A stretch of DNA of 64,000 nt from Monocercomonoides exilis PA203 (lineage: Eukaryota; Protista; Preaxostyla). Location of the stretch: NCBI GenBank assembly GCA_001643675.2, contig LSRY02000011.1:248001-312000 (forward strand), in the 5' to 3' direction. Shown here piece after piece: positions 29,401 to 41,058 of the stretch (positions within the stretch are counted from its first letter, which is position 1; each line of letters starts with the position of its first letter). Below the pieces are notes generated by a model. It was not told where the DNA came from. It did no database searches and saw nothing but the letters and a program-made list of their open reading frames with translations. Both the position numbers and the translations under genes were made by a program.

Positions 29401-31127
29401 CCTGAAGTAAAAATTACCCATCTGTTAGGGTCTTTGAACTTAGAAGCTGAAAGGGAAAATGATGAAAAATGTTCAAATGTCCAAGAGAACAAAGAAATAG
29501 ATGAAGTGAATGAAAAAGATTCATCATTCAAGCTCGAAGAAGGAGAAGAAGAGAAAGAGCAGCAATCAACAAATTCGATAAATGAACCCACAAAAGAATC
29601 AGAAGTTATAAATTCAACATCTTGTGACACAAAAGACTCATCTGAAATACAATCATTGTCTGCATCTTCTTCTTCTTCGTCTGCTTCTTTGTCTTCTACA
29701 CACACTGAACCACTTTCACTTTCACCTCATTCACTTTCATCGGAATCATCAACTTCTGCTTCTTCTGCTTCTGCTTCTGCTTCTGCTTCTTCTTCTTCTT
29801 CTTCTTCTTCTTCATTGAACGAAGAACCTGAAAGTGAATGTTCCGACAAACTGAGGAATGCGCCTTATTCATTTGATTCATTTGGCAATCTGTTGGAATC
29901 TCTGACCCATTCAATAGACGCGCTTCAGCAGGAGTGTGTGATTGCAATGGAAGAGTGCCAGAAAGAGAAGTCAGAGAAACTTCTTGTTATCAACGAACTG
30001 GAGGAAGCAAAGAACAACAATGGTGAACTGATGAAAAAGCTGAAGGAGAAGGAAGAGGGAATCAATGAACTTGATGGAGAATTACAAAAGGGAAGGGAGA
30101 AGATAAACGAACTGAACTTGTCAATCGAAGAAAATGAAAGAGCACGGAATGAAGTGGAGATGGGATTTGAAGAAGAAAGAGGAAGAAGCCTTGAGACATT
30201 ATGCGAACTGAAAAGTCGAGTGAGGCAATTGGAAGAAGAGCTCGTTAATTACAAGAACGAAGTGAGTGAAGAAATTTCGCAAATAAAAGAGGAGGAAAAG
30301 AAGGAAGCAGAAAAACTTTTGGAAGTGATCGACAAGAAAGAAGAAGAGAGAATTCAACAGAATTTAGCGATTGATGCATTGGAGGAGAAATTAGACAAAA
30401 CAAGAAAGGAGTTGGAAAAAGCGATGGAAGAAGGATGCAGGTTGGAGAATGTGGTTAGCATGTTCAGTGAAGAACGAAGGCTAATCATCGAACGAGAAAA
30501 ATGTCTGAATGACGAGCATGAGGCAGTGAAATTGGACTTGGATGATGTCAAGCAGAAGAATGAGAAGCTTTCAGAGGAACTGGCAAAAAGCAAAGAGACG
30601 CGAGAAGAATTGGAAAAGACGTTGAAAGAGAAAGAGGAGTCGTTCCGTTCATCGATGAAAGAAGTTGAGGTTTGGGTGGACAAAGTGGAGGAAATGGAAG
30701 AAGAATGTGTTGCTTTGGGAGAAGAATGGAGTCGAATGAAAGAAGATGCATTGACAACGAAAGCTGCTGCACAGGAAGCGAAAGAAGTAAGAGAAATACA
30801 ATTTGAAGAGTTGGAACAGAAACTGCAAAAATTGACAGAGTGCTATTCACAAACAGCTGATGAACTTGAAGAAAAAAGGAATTTGATTGAAGTGTGCTTT
30901 GCTATTTATCGATGTTATTTCATTTATCAAAAAACATAATTTTTTGTTTTTATTTGTTCCACATTATTTCTTTTATTGGTGTTTGATATAAACAGAATCA
31001 AGAAGAGACAATACAGCAATTGCAGGACGAACTGGAAGCAGCAAATTCTTTGAATAATGATTTGCAGGTGCAGCTCCAACATGCCGAGCGAAAGAAAGCA
31101 GCAAGAAAGATATTTTTCAAAAAATGA
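23431..31127 (+). CDS. Giant (about 2,500 aa) coiled-coil protein, cytoskeletal/golgin-like; family unassigned
   Basis: Central ORF of about 7.1 kb with E/K/Q/L heptads and poly-Ser linkers. Introns at about 23639-23752 and 30892-30995; last exon NQEETIQQLQ..IFFKK, TGA at 31125-31127. Confidence 0.8.
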
Positions 31128-31963
31128 AAGAATTATTTGAACAAGAATAACAGAATTTTCATTGGTATAGCCCGTTTTGAAGTCAGAATCTTTGACTATA
31201 TTTCAAAGATGCTTGATGAGAGCTAGAAAGTTTCATCATCAGAACAAAAGTCGAAGATAAGAATTCTGAAATTATGGACTTCTGCTTGAGCTTTATTCCA
31301 TAAGGAAGGAAGCACTTTTTTTAAACATGCATTTCTAATAAATGGTGCATCCTTTACAAAAAGTTTGAAGCTGTGCAACTTACAAACCAAGTTTTTTCGA
31401 TTTTTTATTCAACAATATTATCAACAGTCAACTTTCACATTGATAAATAATTTTTGTAGATAAAATTTCGGTTGTGCATTTTTTTATTTTTTCAATTGAT
31501 TAATCACACAATTATGTTTTTGCATTTTTTTTTACTGAAAGTCTTTTCTCCTCTTTTCAGAAAATAAATTTTCTTTCTCAATTTTTTCTTCAAATAAAGT
31601 CATTTTCATTTTAAAGAGTAAGTTGTGATAAAAAACGAAAATATAATCAAAGAAATAAACAAAAAAGATGATCAGTTAATAATATAGAAGTCAGTTGATG
31701 AATAATTTGATATTTTATTGTCGCATTGAGTAATTATTTCCGAATATTCACATGATTTGTTGTTGATTGTTCCAAATTTATAAAAAAATTTAATTCCACG
31801 AGAGCTGTTTCTTTTTTTAATTGAATATTTAAATTTTTTTATTTCGAATCATTCTTGTCAGATTTTGATAAATGAAAAAACAATATTTTGAATAATGGGG
31901 TTATCAAAACAATAAACAATTAATTTGCAAGGGATTAAGACAAAAGCGAGTTAATTTTTGTGA

Positions 31964-34900
31964 ATGGATTCATCATCCGAAGCTCCAATTCAATATGAAC
32001 ATTCATTAAGAGAAAAGATATCGAGCCTATCCGACAATTTGCTTTCTTTTTCTGAGTTTGAAAACGAAGTCAATGAAATTGTTGGCATGCTTCAACATGA
32101 TGAGAATGAAAACAATCATATTGAAGAAGATTTCGTAGAAATTTCATCTCGTGCATTCAAGGTTTTGACACAAGATAAACAAATTTGTCTTTTGAATTTG
32201 TTTGCCATGTACGTAAATAAAGGTAACAAAGAACAAGATTTTTATTTTCAGATGATTTACACATATAATTTTTGTATATATTTAGAACAATTTGAACAGC
32301 GAAAACAAGATTTTGAGTTGATAGTACCCGAGATATATGAAATTTTGCGTTCTTTATTGGAAGCAGGTATGACTTTCTTCCTTTTTAAAATTATTTGCGC
32401 TAAACTTCCATTTAGAGAGTTTTGGAGACATTGCGTTCGTGTTAAGATATTTAGCTAAGCTTATTGAAGCTTATCCATCTTATTATTCTCAGATTTATGT
32501 TGAACGATATTTAAACATATTTAATCAAATACATGAGAAATTAGATAGCGCTGCAAGCAGTGAAACTCAAGATATTGAAAATAAACTTCCATCTTCAACA
32601 ATAAAAGAAGATATCTTAACTCAAATCCAGATATGCGTTAATATTTTGGTAAAGCAGGAAAATGTCAAACACTTTTTTGAAGAAGAAGACATTCCCATTC
32701 GACTCAAACAATTTGCTGAAAAAAGATTAAATGCTCACGATGCTGAAAACAAACAAGAACATTCTGAAAATTTTGAACAAAACAACAAGGAGAACGAGGA
32801 TTTGTCATCCAACAATGAAGAGCAAAACAACAGTGATGAATCAAAAGAAATGCAGATTTCGAGCGAAGTGACTGAAATTGACAGCGCATCTGAACAGAAT
32901 GCAAACGGAGCTGATGAGTCTGAAGTTAAGAACACAGAAGAGGAGGAAAAGATTCATACTGATTCTTCTTCGAAAGAAGATGAAGATGAAAAGAATGAAA
33001 ATAACAATGAAACGGCACAACCTAAAGAGCAGGGTTCTCCTTCTGCCTTAACTGAAGAAGAAACTGGGTTGCAAGAAAACAAGAAAGAGATGGATGAGAA
33101 AGAAGCGAAGGAGGAAGAGAAAAGTGAAAAAGAGACATCTGAGCAACAAAAAGAAGATGCAACAGAAAATGCTTCTGAGGAAAACAATACAAAACAAGCA
33201 GAACACGAAGCAAAGGAAGGAAGCGAAAATGTTGAAGAAGAAAAAGTTAGCGAGGAAAATGATGAATCGAAGGGGAATGAGAAAGAAGAAGAAAAGAAAG
33301 ACGACGAAGTTAAAAACGAAAGCAAAGCAGAAGAAGAAATCGAAGAGAAGGAAGAGAAGGAAGAGGAAAAGGAAGAAAAGAAGGAAGAAGACGAAAGAAA
33401 AGATGACAAACAGAAAGAAGAGACAAGAGAAGAAGTGGTAGAAGAAGAAGATGAAAACAAAAAAGAAGAAGATTTGGTGGATGAAACTGAACATTCAGAT
33501 GAGACAAACAGTGAAACAGATAAACAGAAGGAAGCAGATGCAATTTCTGAGAAGGAAGAAAAAGAAGAGAAAGAAGAGAAAGAAGAGAAGGAAGAGAAGG
33601 AAGAAAAAGAAGAAAAGGAAGAAGCCGAAGAAGAAAAAGAAAAGGCAGAAAGTGAAATGAATCTGAATGATGATGAAAAAGACACCAAAGAGGATGAGAA
33701 TGAACCAGAATTGGGATTTGTGAATTTCGGAGATGAAGAAGCAGCAGAAGAAGAGAAGGAAGAGAAGGAAGAGAAAGAAGAGAAAGAAGAGAAAGAAGAA
33801 AAGGAGAAAGGAGAAAAAGAAGACGAAGAGGGAAATGAAGAAGGAAAAGAAGAAAAAGAAGAAAAAGATGGCACAGAGAATGAAGCAAAAGAAGAGGCAT
33901 CAGATGTTTCTGACCAATGTCTGTTGAACAGTCCAATTGAAGCACAAGAGCTTGGCTTTGTGTCATTCGGAGCAGACGACATTTCTGAAGAGATAAGAGA
34001 GACAGAACAAACAAGCGAGGGAGAAGAAGAGGGAAAAGAAGGAAAGGAAGACGAGGAAAGCGGTGAAGGGCTGAAGAGACTGGGTTTCTTGAACTTTGGG
34101 GCAGATTATGTGGAGGAAGAGATCGAAGAATGCTGCGAAGAGGAAGCAACAAGCAGAGAAGGCGAGAAAAGTGAAGACGAACTAGAAAAACTGGGGTTTG
34201 TCACTATGAGGCGCCCAAAAGCAGCAGGAGAAGAAGGAGAAAGTGAAGAAGAAGATGATGATGAGTGTGATGAAGATGAGGAAGGAAAAAGAAGGTTGGA
34301 TGGATGTGACGAGCAGAATGACAGCAAGCTGATGAAAATGATCGGATTTGTTTCTGTGCGGACGCCTGGAAAGAAAGGGAAGAGCGACAGACAAGAAGGA
34401 TTGATGGGGAGCAGTGCAAAGAGGGAAGGGGAAGATGAAGAAGAAGAAGAAGAGGAGGAGGAGGAGGCAGATGATGATGATAGCAAAAGAGGATCTAACA
34501 AGTTTAGAGGAGCAGCTGAGAAAGTTATGATGATGACACCGTTTCGTCTGATGTTGGATAGAATCCGGTCATCACCTCCTTCATCAGCATCATCCTTTTC
34601 CTCTTCATCATCATCACCTTATTCTTCTTCTTCTCCCTCCTCTTCCTCCTCCTCTGCCTATGCCAACACAATGTCTGCTATTCAGTATTCTCCAACAGAC
34701 TCTCCACTGAAAGAGCAGAGAAGAGCAGACCAATCCAGCGACGAGAAAAGCTGTCTGTTTGACAGCGATTTAGAGACTGAGCGGAAAGGAAAGAGACTTC
34801 TGCTGTCTGATCTTTCCAGTTCCCCTGTGAAGTCTCCTTCTTCTTTTGCTTCTTCTTCTTCTTCTCGCTCGCCATCGCTGATGAGTGTCATCAGAAACCT

Positions 34901-37289
34901 TACTCTTCAAATAAAAGCACTCCCAAAATACACAAAATCTCCTTTTCTCTCTTCGTTTATTACTTCTCCTCATCCAATATCTGCTTCTTCTGCTTCTTCT
35001 GCTTCTTCTGCTTCTTCTGCTTCTTCTGATTATTCACTTTCTGCCACCACATCATCATCTTTTTCATCATCCTCTTCCTCTTCTTCCTCTTCCTCTTCAT
35101 ATGTTTGCTCTCCACCATTTCTGATTCTCTATTCGAACTTTCAGATTTTGCATGAGCTGTTTTCTAATCCAAATGCTCGTTTGTTTTCGTCTGTTGCTTC
35201 TGCAAACAATTCTCCATTGAAATCATCTCCTTCTGCTTCAACATCCTCTTCCTCCTCTTCTTCTTTCTCTTCTTCTTCTTCTTCTTCTTCTCTTTCTACT
35301 TCTTCGAGTCTTTTGGCAGTAATTCGCTGTATCAACTCAATTCTCAGGAGGAAAGAAGGAAGAAATGCAGTCACAAACTGGAAGTTCCACTCGCAGAAGC
35401 TGAAGAAGCAGCAGCCGAAAGGAAAGAAAAAGAAAGGTGGAGACGAAGAAAACAGAGAAGCAGCATTGGCTGAGGCAGAAGAGGTGATAAACAATGCGAA
35501 GTTGTGCATGCTGTCGTTGATGGACCAGAACAGACTGAAGGAGAATGCTTCAGTTGATTCAAAGACATCTGTTTCTGTTGTGCATCCCTCTCCTCTCCTT
35601 CAGTTTTCCGTTTTTCCTCTTCAAATGCTGCTTTCTTTGCTTTCTGCCTTCTTTGCTGCTCTGAAGAGATTTGACTGGGCAAAAGACGAGCACATCTGTG
35701 TGGATGTGAGCAGCGTGTGTTCAGAGAAGATGGATGGAAATGGCTCAAATAGCTCTGTTTTGATGAGTCCAGCAGCATTCTTCGACATTCTGCAGTATCT
35801 TCTGATGGTGCTGGTGTCTCTGTCTCTTCTGCGCTCTGTCAAACAGGGCATTTTGTTAGTAGGGAAGGAAGAGGAAAAGAAAGAGAAGGAGAAGGAGAAA
35901 GAGAAAGAGGATGGTAAAGATAGAGATGAAGATGCAAATGCAAATAATATGAAGGAAGGATACAAAGACACAGAGAAAGGAAAATCATGCATAACTTATG
36001 TGATATGTGGAATGATAGAAGCAATTCTTAATCTTTCATTGAGCATCGAAAGGGCAGAAAAGACAGAGAAAAAAGAATCATCCACTTCTTGTTTGATTCA
36101 ATCAGAAAGATTGGAAACAAAACCAACTGCAACAAATGGCAGACATCAGTCCAATTATCGTTCTGCTCCTCTGTTTAGCTCAAATTCTGCTTCTGCATCT
36201 TCTTCTTCTTCCTCTTCTTCTTCTCCTCCTCCTTCTCTTCCAATGCCAAATAAAGTGTCTTTGTCTGTTTTGTCTTCTCTTATTGAGCTTCTCTTCCGCC
36301 TCTCTGCCAATCTGCTCTTCCTTCCTGCTGCTGCTGAAAGCTTCATATCTGTCTCTTCGTCATCATCATCATCATCATCTTCTTCTTCTTCTTCTTCTTC
36401 ATATTTCATCAGTCTCTGTGCACGTGCCATCAAAGAAGAGCACGACAGAATGGTCAGCTTCGAAAAAGCAGAGAAAAAGCTGAATTCTTCTTCTGACTCA
36501 CTTCTCAATACAACAACAACAACACCGTCATCATCGTCATCATCATCATCCTTCAATTCTTCTCCATCTTCTCGTTCTTCTCCAACAAAGTCATCATCAT
36601 CATCTTCTTCTTCTTCTTCTTCCATCTCTCATTTAGAATCTGTTGTGATGCACTGTCTTTCCCTCATCTCTCTCTATCCTCCTTCGCTCTCTGCATTTTT
36701 GTCAGCTGGCATCGTCTCCTTCTCCATCGGCATCACAAAAAGAGCAGCAAGAATACTTCTAAAGGAAGACACACTGAAAGAGAAAGAGAAAGAGAAAGAG
36801 ATGAACTCTTCTTTCGCATCTCCTTCAAAACAGATACAGCTATCATCGTCTTCTTCTTCTTCTTCCTCTTCCTCTTCTTCAGCATCTCCTGCTCTTTCAC
36901 TCCTTTGCCATTCTTCTCTTCTCTTCCGCTCTTTTGCCCAGCACAGCACATCCCTCTCTTTCCTCAGCCAGCTCCCAATCTTCGCTTTCGAGCAATCCCC
37001 CTCGCCTTCTCTTTCCTCTTCTCCGTCTCGTTCTCTACCTCGTTCGAATGTGCCTTTTGGAATTCTTTCGCTTCTTGCCTCACACAACTGCATCTCTTCC
37101 TTTGAGAACTACGCGTTTGTCGCCTACGTGTACTTGGATTACTGCGCAAAATATAGATCATTCGATCATGACTCTCGGCTTTTTTACAATGCCTTAGAGA
37201 ATATTTCTACTGAAAATTGCACTGAAGGAGACGTCATAAATAAATGGGTTAATAGGCTTAAAAATTCAATGGAACCGTTTGATAGGTAA
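31964..37289 (+). CDS. Large protein with a Glu/Lys-rich region and ARM-like helical C-terminal half; function unknown (3' end uncertain)
   Basis: Two short 5' exons and a 4.85-kb ORF; leucine-rich amphipathic helices interrupted by poly-Ser. A possible further intron starts at 37286. Confidence 0.75.
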
Positions 37290-37516
37290 AATTTATAAAA
37301 GTAATGATTGTTTAAATTTTCTTGCAGATCACAAAAATATTCTGTTCGTTTATCCTTTTTTTTTTTTTCTTTTCATCGTATTTATTTTAATACTTTTGTT
37401 GATTTATTAATAATAAAAATAATTTATTTGACTGAATGTTTAAGCGAATAATTGGAATTGTTTAGATTGGGTTTGTCGATCTGTTTGTAACAAAACCAAA
37501 CAACTCAATAGACAAA

Positions 37517-38476
37517 ATGAAAGTTCTTATTGTTGATACCTTTTCCGCAAAAGCAATGGATGAGCTCAAGGCAGCTGGAATTGAGGTTATTTATGATACA
37601 AAAATGAAGGGAGACCTTTTGACAGAAGGACTGAAAGCAAACAAACCAGAGGTCCTTGTTGTGAGAAGCACAAAGGTGCAAGTTCCTCAGCTTGATGCTG
37701 GTGCTCCTGAACTTAAGATGGTCGTGCGTGCTGGTTCGGGATATGATACCATTGACACAGCTGCTGCAAAGGAAAGAAATGTTGCTGTTTGCAATACCCC
37801 AGGAATGAACGCAACAGCAGTTGCAGAATTGGTTTTCGGCTTTATCCTTACATCAGATCGATACCTTCACGAAAATATTCAACTCTTCCGCGAAGGAAAG
37901 TGGGCAAAAGGAAAATATGCCAAATGCCACGGAATTAAAGGAAGCACACTCGGTCTGATTGGCTTTGGAAACATTGGAAAGCTTGTTTGCGATCGCGCTC
38001 GTGCGTTTGAGATGAACATCATTGCATATGATCCGTTCATCCCCGCAGCCACCATGGAGGCGGCTGGTGCAAAAGTTACAACTGACATTTATGAAATTGC
38101 AGCAAATTGCGATTTCATTACTATCCATGTTCCAGGAGGAGAAAAAACAAAAGGCATGGTTAATGATGCATTCCTCTCAAAGATGCGCCCAGGTTCAGTT
38201 ATCATCAACACTTCTCGTGCAACAATTATTGATGAGCCAGCTTTGATCAAACATGTGACAGAACGTGGAATTCGCGCTTGTGTTGATGTCATGTCAAATG
38301 AGCCAGCTGAAAAAGAAGGAGAATTTAAGCACCCATTTGGTGAAGTTCCAGGAATTCTTGTTTCTCATCACATCGGTGCATCTACAGTTCAAGCAGAATC
38401 TGCAATTGGAGAAGAAGCTCTGCGTGTTGTTCTTTCATTTGCCCAGAAAGGCGAAATTCTTCACAGAGTTAATTAA
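37517..38476 (+). CDS. serA: D-isomer-specific 2-hydroxyacid dehydrogenase, D-3-phosphoglycerate dehydrogenase-like (short form without ACT domain), intronless
   Basis: 319 aa with VVRSTKV, RAGSGYDTID, NTPGMNATAVAEL, Rossmann GLIGFGNIG, YDP, catalytic INTSR, DV...EP and HIGAST. Confidence 0.85.
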   Translation: MKVLIVDTFSAKAMDELKAAGIEVIYDTKMKGDLLTEGLKANKPEVLVVRSTKVQVPQLDAGAPELKMVVRAGSGYDTIDTAAAKERNVAVCNTPGMNATAVAELVFGFILTSDRYLHENIQLFREGKWAKGKYAKCHGIKGSTLGLIGFGNIGKLVCDRARAFEMNIIAYDPFIPAATMEAAGAKVTTDIYEIAANCDFITIHVPGGEKTKGMVNDAFLSKMRPGSVIINTSRATIIDEPALIKHVTERGIRACVDVMSNEPAEKEGEFKHPFGEVPGILVSHHIGASTVQAESAIGEEALRVVLSFAQKGEILHRVN

Positions 38477-38934
38477 AAGTTAATATTTTAATTAATTCGA
38501 AGTCTTATAAAGTCATGTTTAACAATTTGGCTGTTGATATTTCTTATTTTTTTTTCTTTATTGTTGGTGGTTTGTAAAATTGCGAGTGTATTTTTATTTT
38601 ATAATAATTCCTGTTGATTTTTGAGCGAATCTTTCGTTTTCTTTTAAACATTAAGCTTAATTATTACAAATTTTTATTTATTTGAATTTTAACCAAAACG
38701 TGAAATTGGTTCTTGTTGGGTTTTTCTTTAACAAATGTATATAATTTAAAATATAACGAATTGTTTCGTTTCAAATTGTAATTTAAATCAAAAAATGAAA
38801 TTGTGAAAAGAATATTTGTGAAAGAAAAGAGAAATTTGTGTATTTTTCGTTTTTTCAAATAATAAGAGGTTATTTCATGGTACAAGCAATAACAAATAAG
38901 AATATTACCCATGGAAAGTGACTTGAATTTGATA

Positions 38935-39309
38935 TTAGTTTTTGTGCAGCATTATTATAACTTTTTGAATTCCAAACCACACAAATATATCAATTGGGAG
39001 CATTGTAAAAAGGTAGTGGCCATTTAGACGAACCTTTTCCATATATTCTGCATCCCTTGGCTCCATTCGCCTCTAAAATAATGAAAAATTAAGGATATAA
39101 CAATAAATAAATAAATGGCAAACATAAGGATATGTAAATCCAAAAAATGGCCTGGCAAGCACTAGCTTCTCTAGCACAAGCCATACAAGAAGTTCAACAA
39201 AAACGCGTAAAAATCCTCGAAGTTTGGTCTTGTGAAACGTGATATAACTCGTTAACGATGAAACAGCAGCAACAATTAATATGTGCAGAATGAAAATAAA
39301 AAGTCGCAT
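38935..39309 (-). CDS. Small (about 107 aa) multi-pass membrane protein, unknown function
   Basis: Exon 1 MRLFIFILHILIVAAVSS..FGFTYPY; 51-nt GTTTG..TAG intron at 39073-39123; in-frame exon 2 RRMEPRDAEYMEKVRLNGHYLFTMLPIDIFVWFGIQKVIIMLHKN, then TAA. Confidence 0.65.
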
Positions 39310-39713
39310 AATTTGCGATCTTTGCTCCTATGAATTTTGCATTATTTTTGTTGTGAAACAAACGTCAACAAATTATTCATAAAATCGTTCATAAAAAATT
39401 GATAAATCATTTTTTGGTATAAAATACACACAATTTTCTTCACATATTCGTCTTTTTCCTTTTGAGTGAGTGACATATAATTTTATCTGAAACGTTGCAG
39501 TTTAAAAACTTTAAAAATATATTTCAAAATTAAACACACGTGAAAGGAATGTATTCAAAATAATAATGGGATCATTTCAAAAACCAATTTTATTGCACTC
39601 ATAAAGCAATTTTATTCTTGCAAAAACTATTTTATCATTTTTGGATTTGTTTCATGCTAAATAAAAATCTTTTCCATAATGTAATTTTTAGACTATTTAT
39701 CTTTTGTTTTGCA

Positions 39714-40623
39714 ATGGCTATTGATAGACGTGATGAACCTTTATTATACAATTCAATGAAAAAATCTATACAGCAAAAATATCACGAAGCTGAAGCCTTG
39801 CGCGAGCGTATTGATGAAGAAATTGATCAACTTTCAATTGATGCAACGAGCGAGGATATTTTGGAGCTAAGAAATACAATAACTTCAAATTTGGCTGAAC
39901 TAGCATACATGTGTTCTTCCCTTGATGATTTAGTTTTATCCGAGGAAATATCCTCTCAGCAACGATGGAAAATGTTTTTTATTATTTTTCTTTTGTCCGA
40001 CTTAAATTTTTTAAATGTGGATTTTAAAGAAAAGTTTCTGAACTTAGACGTGTTCGTGATGAGCAAAAAGAGCAATTCCAACTTAATTGGCAAAAATTGC
40101 AAGCACAAGAAGAACGAAGACAATGGCAAAAACTGGTTGGGAATGAAGAGATGGTTTGGATTTTTTCGCAAAATATGAATTTTATTACAAGTTATTTAAT
40201 CTGTATTTTAAGTCCGACATGACTGCTCCTCGTTCTCGAGCTCAAGAAAGGAAAAAGCTTAAGCAAATGGATAAGCATGTTTGATAAGTATTTATTAATA
40301 AACTCTAAAGATAATTTTTTTGGTAATAGATGGATGAAATACTTGACGAAGCGACGAGAACTCTTCTTGGGGTTCAGGAGGATACAACGAGAATGAATGT
40401 ATGTCTTTATGTTTTTCATTATTTCAATATATGAATTTCTTGATAGACAATAAATGAAAAAATAGAAGTGTTTTTTGAAAAACTTGGAGTGTCAAAAGGA
40501 TTGTTAAATTCAATAAAAACAGCAGTACATTCTGATAAATGGATATTTCGGATAGGAGCAGTATTAATTTTCTTATTTTTTATTTTAATTTTGTGGATTC
40601 GTCACAAAAGAAGAAATCAGTGA
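39714..40623 (+). CDS. BOS1: Qb-SNARE, membrin/Bos1 (GOSR2) type (5 exons)
   Basis: Helical N-domain ending QRWKI|KVSELR. SNARE region MDEILDEA..LGVSKGLLNSIKTAVHSDKWIFRIG followed by a TM anchor matches the membrin C-terminal pattern; TGA at 40621-40623. Confidence 0.8.
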
Positions 40624-41058
40624 ATGAAATTAGCAAGATGTGATATTTTTGATTAGAAGATGTAAAGAAAAAGAAAGATAGAAAAAAAAAAGAAAGTATG
40701 CAATTCCTGTTGGAATCTAATCAACAAAAATTAAAAGCAAAATGAAACAAATGAACACAACATTTCAAACAACTTTGAAAAAGAAATGAAAGTCAATATC
40801 ATCTAATGCATGCATAAAACATAAAAAAAGAACTGTATATAACCAATGATTATGAAATGAAGTAGTGAGTTTTATAGAAATAAATATTGCGATAAAAGAA
40901 CTAAGTTGAGTTAGATGTGGATAAAACATTCATATTGAATTGTATGAATGAATTTATAGCCCAACAAAACACTAAAAAATTCAAATAATTTGAAAATGAT
41001 AACAGTAAAGACATAATTTTTTTGATTGACAATTAAAGTTAAGAAATACTTCCTTTGT

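Noticed and set aside
31223-31380. Minus-strand open stretch of about 50 codons (VAQLQTFVKDAPF..DDETF)
   Set aside because: No clear start, splice context or homology; it could be chance.
32954-34501. Antisense ORFs of up to 342 aa (also at 19892-20388, 24430-25454 and within the WD40 gene)
   Set aside because: Shadows of GAA/TCT-rich coding sequence, which lacks stops on the opposite strand.
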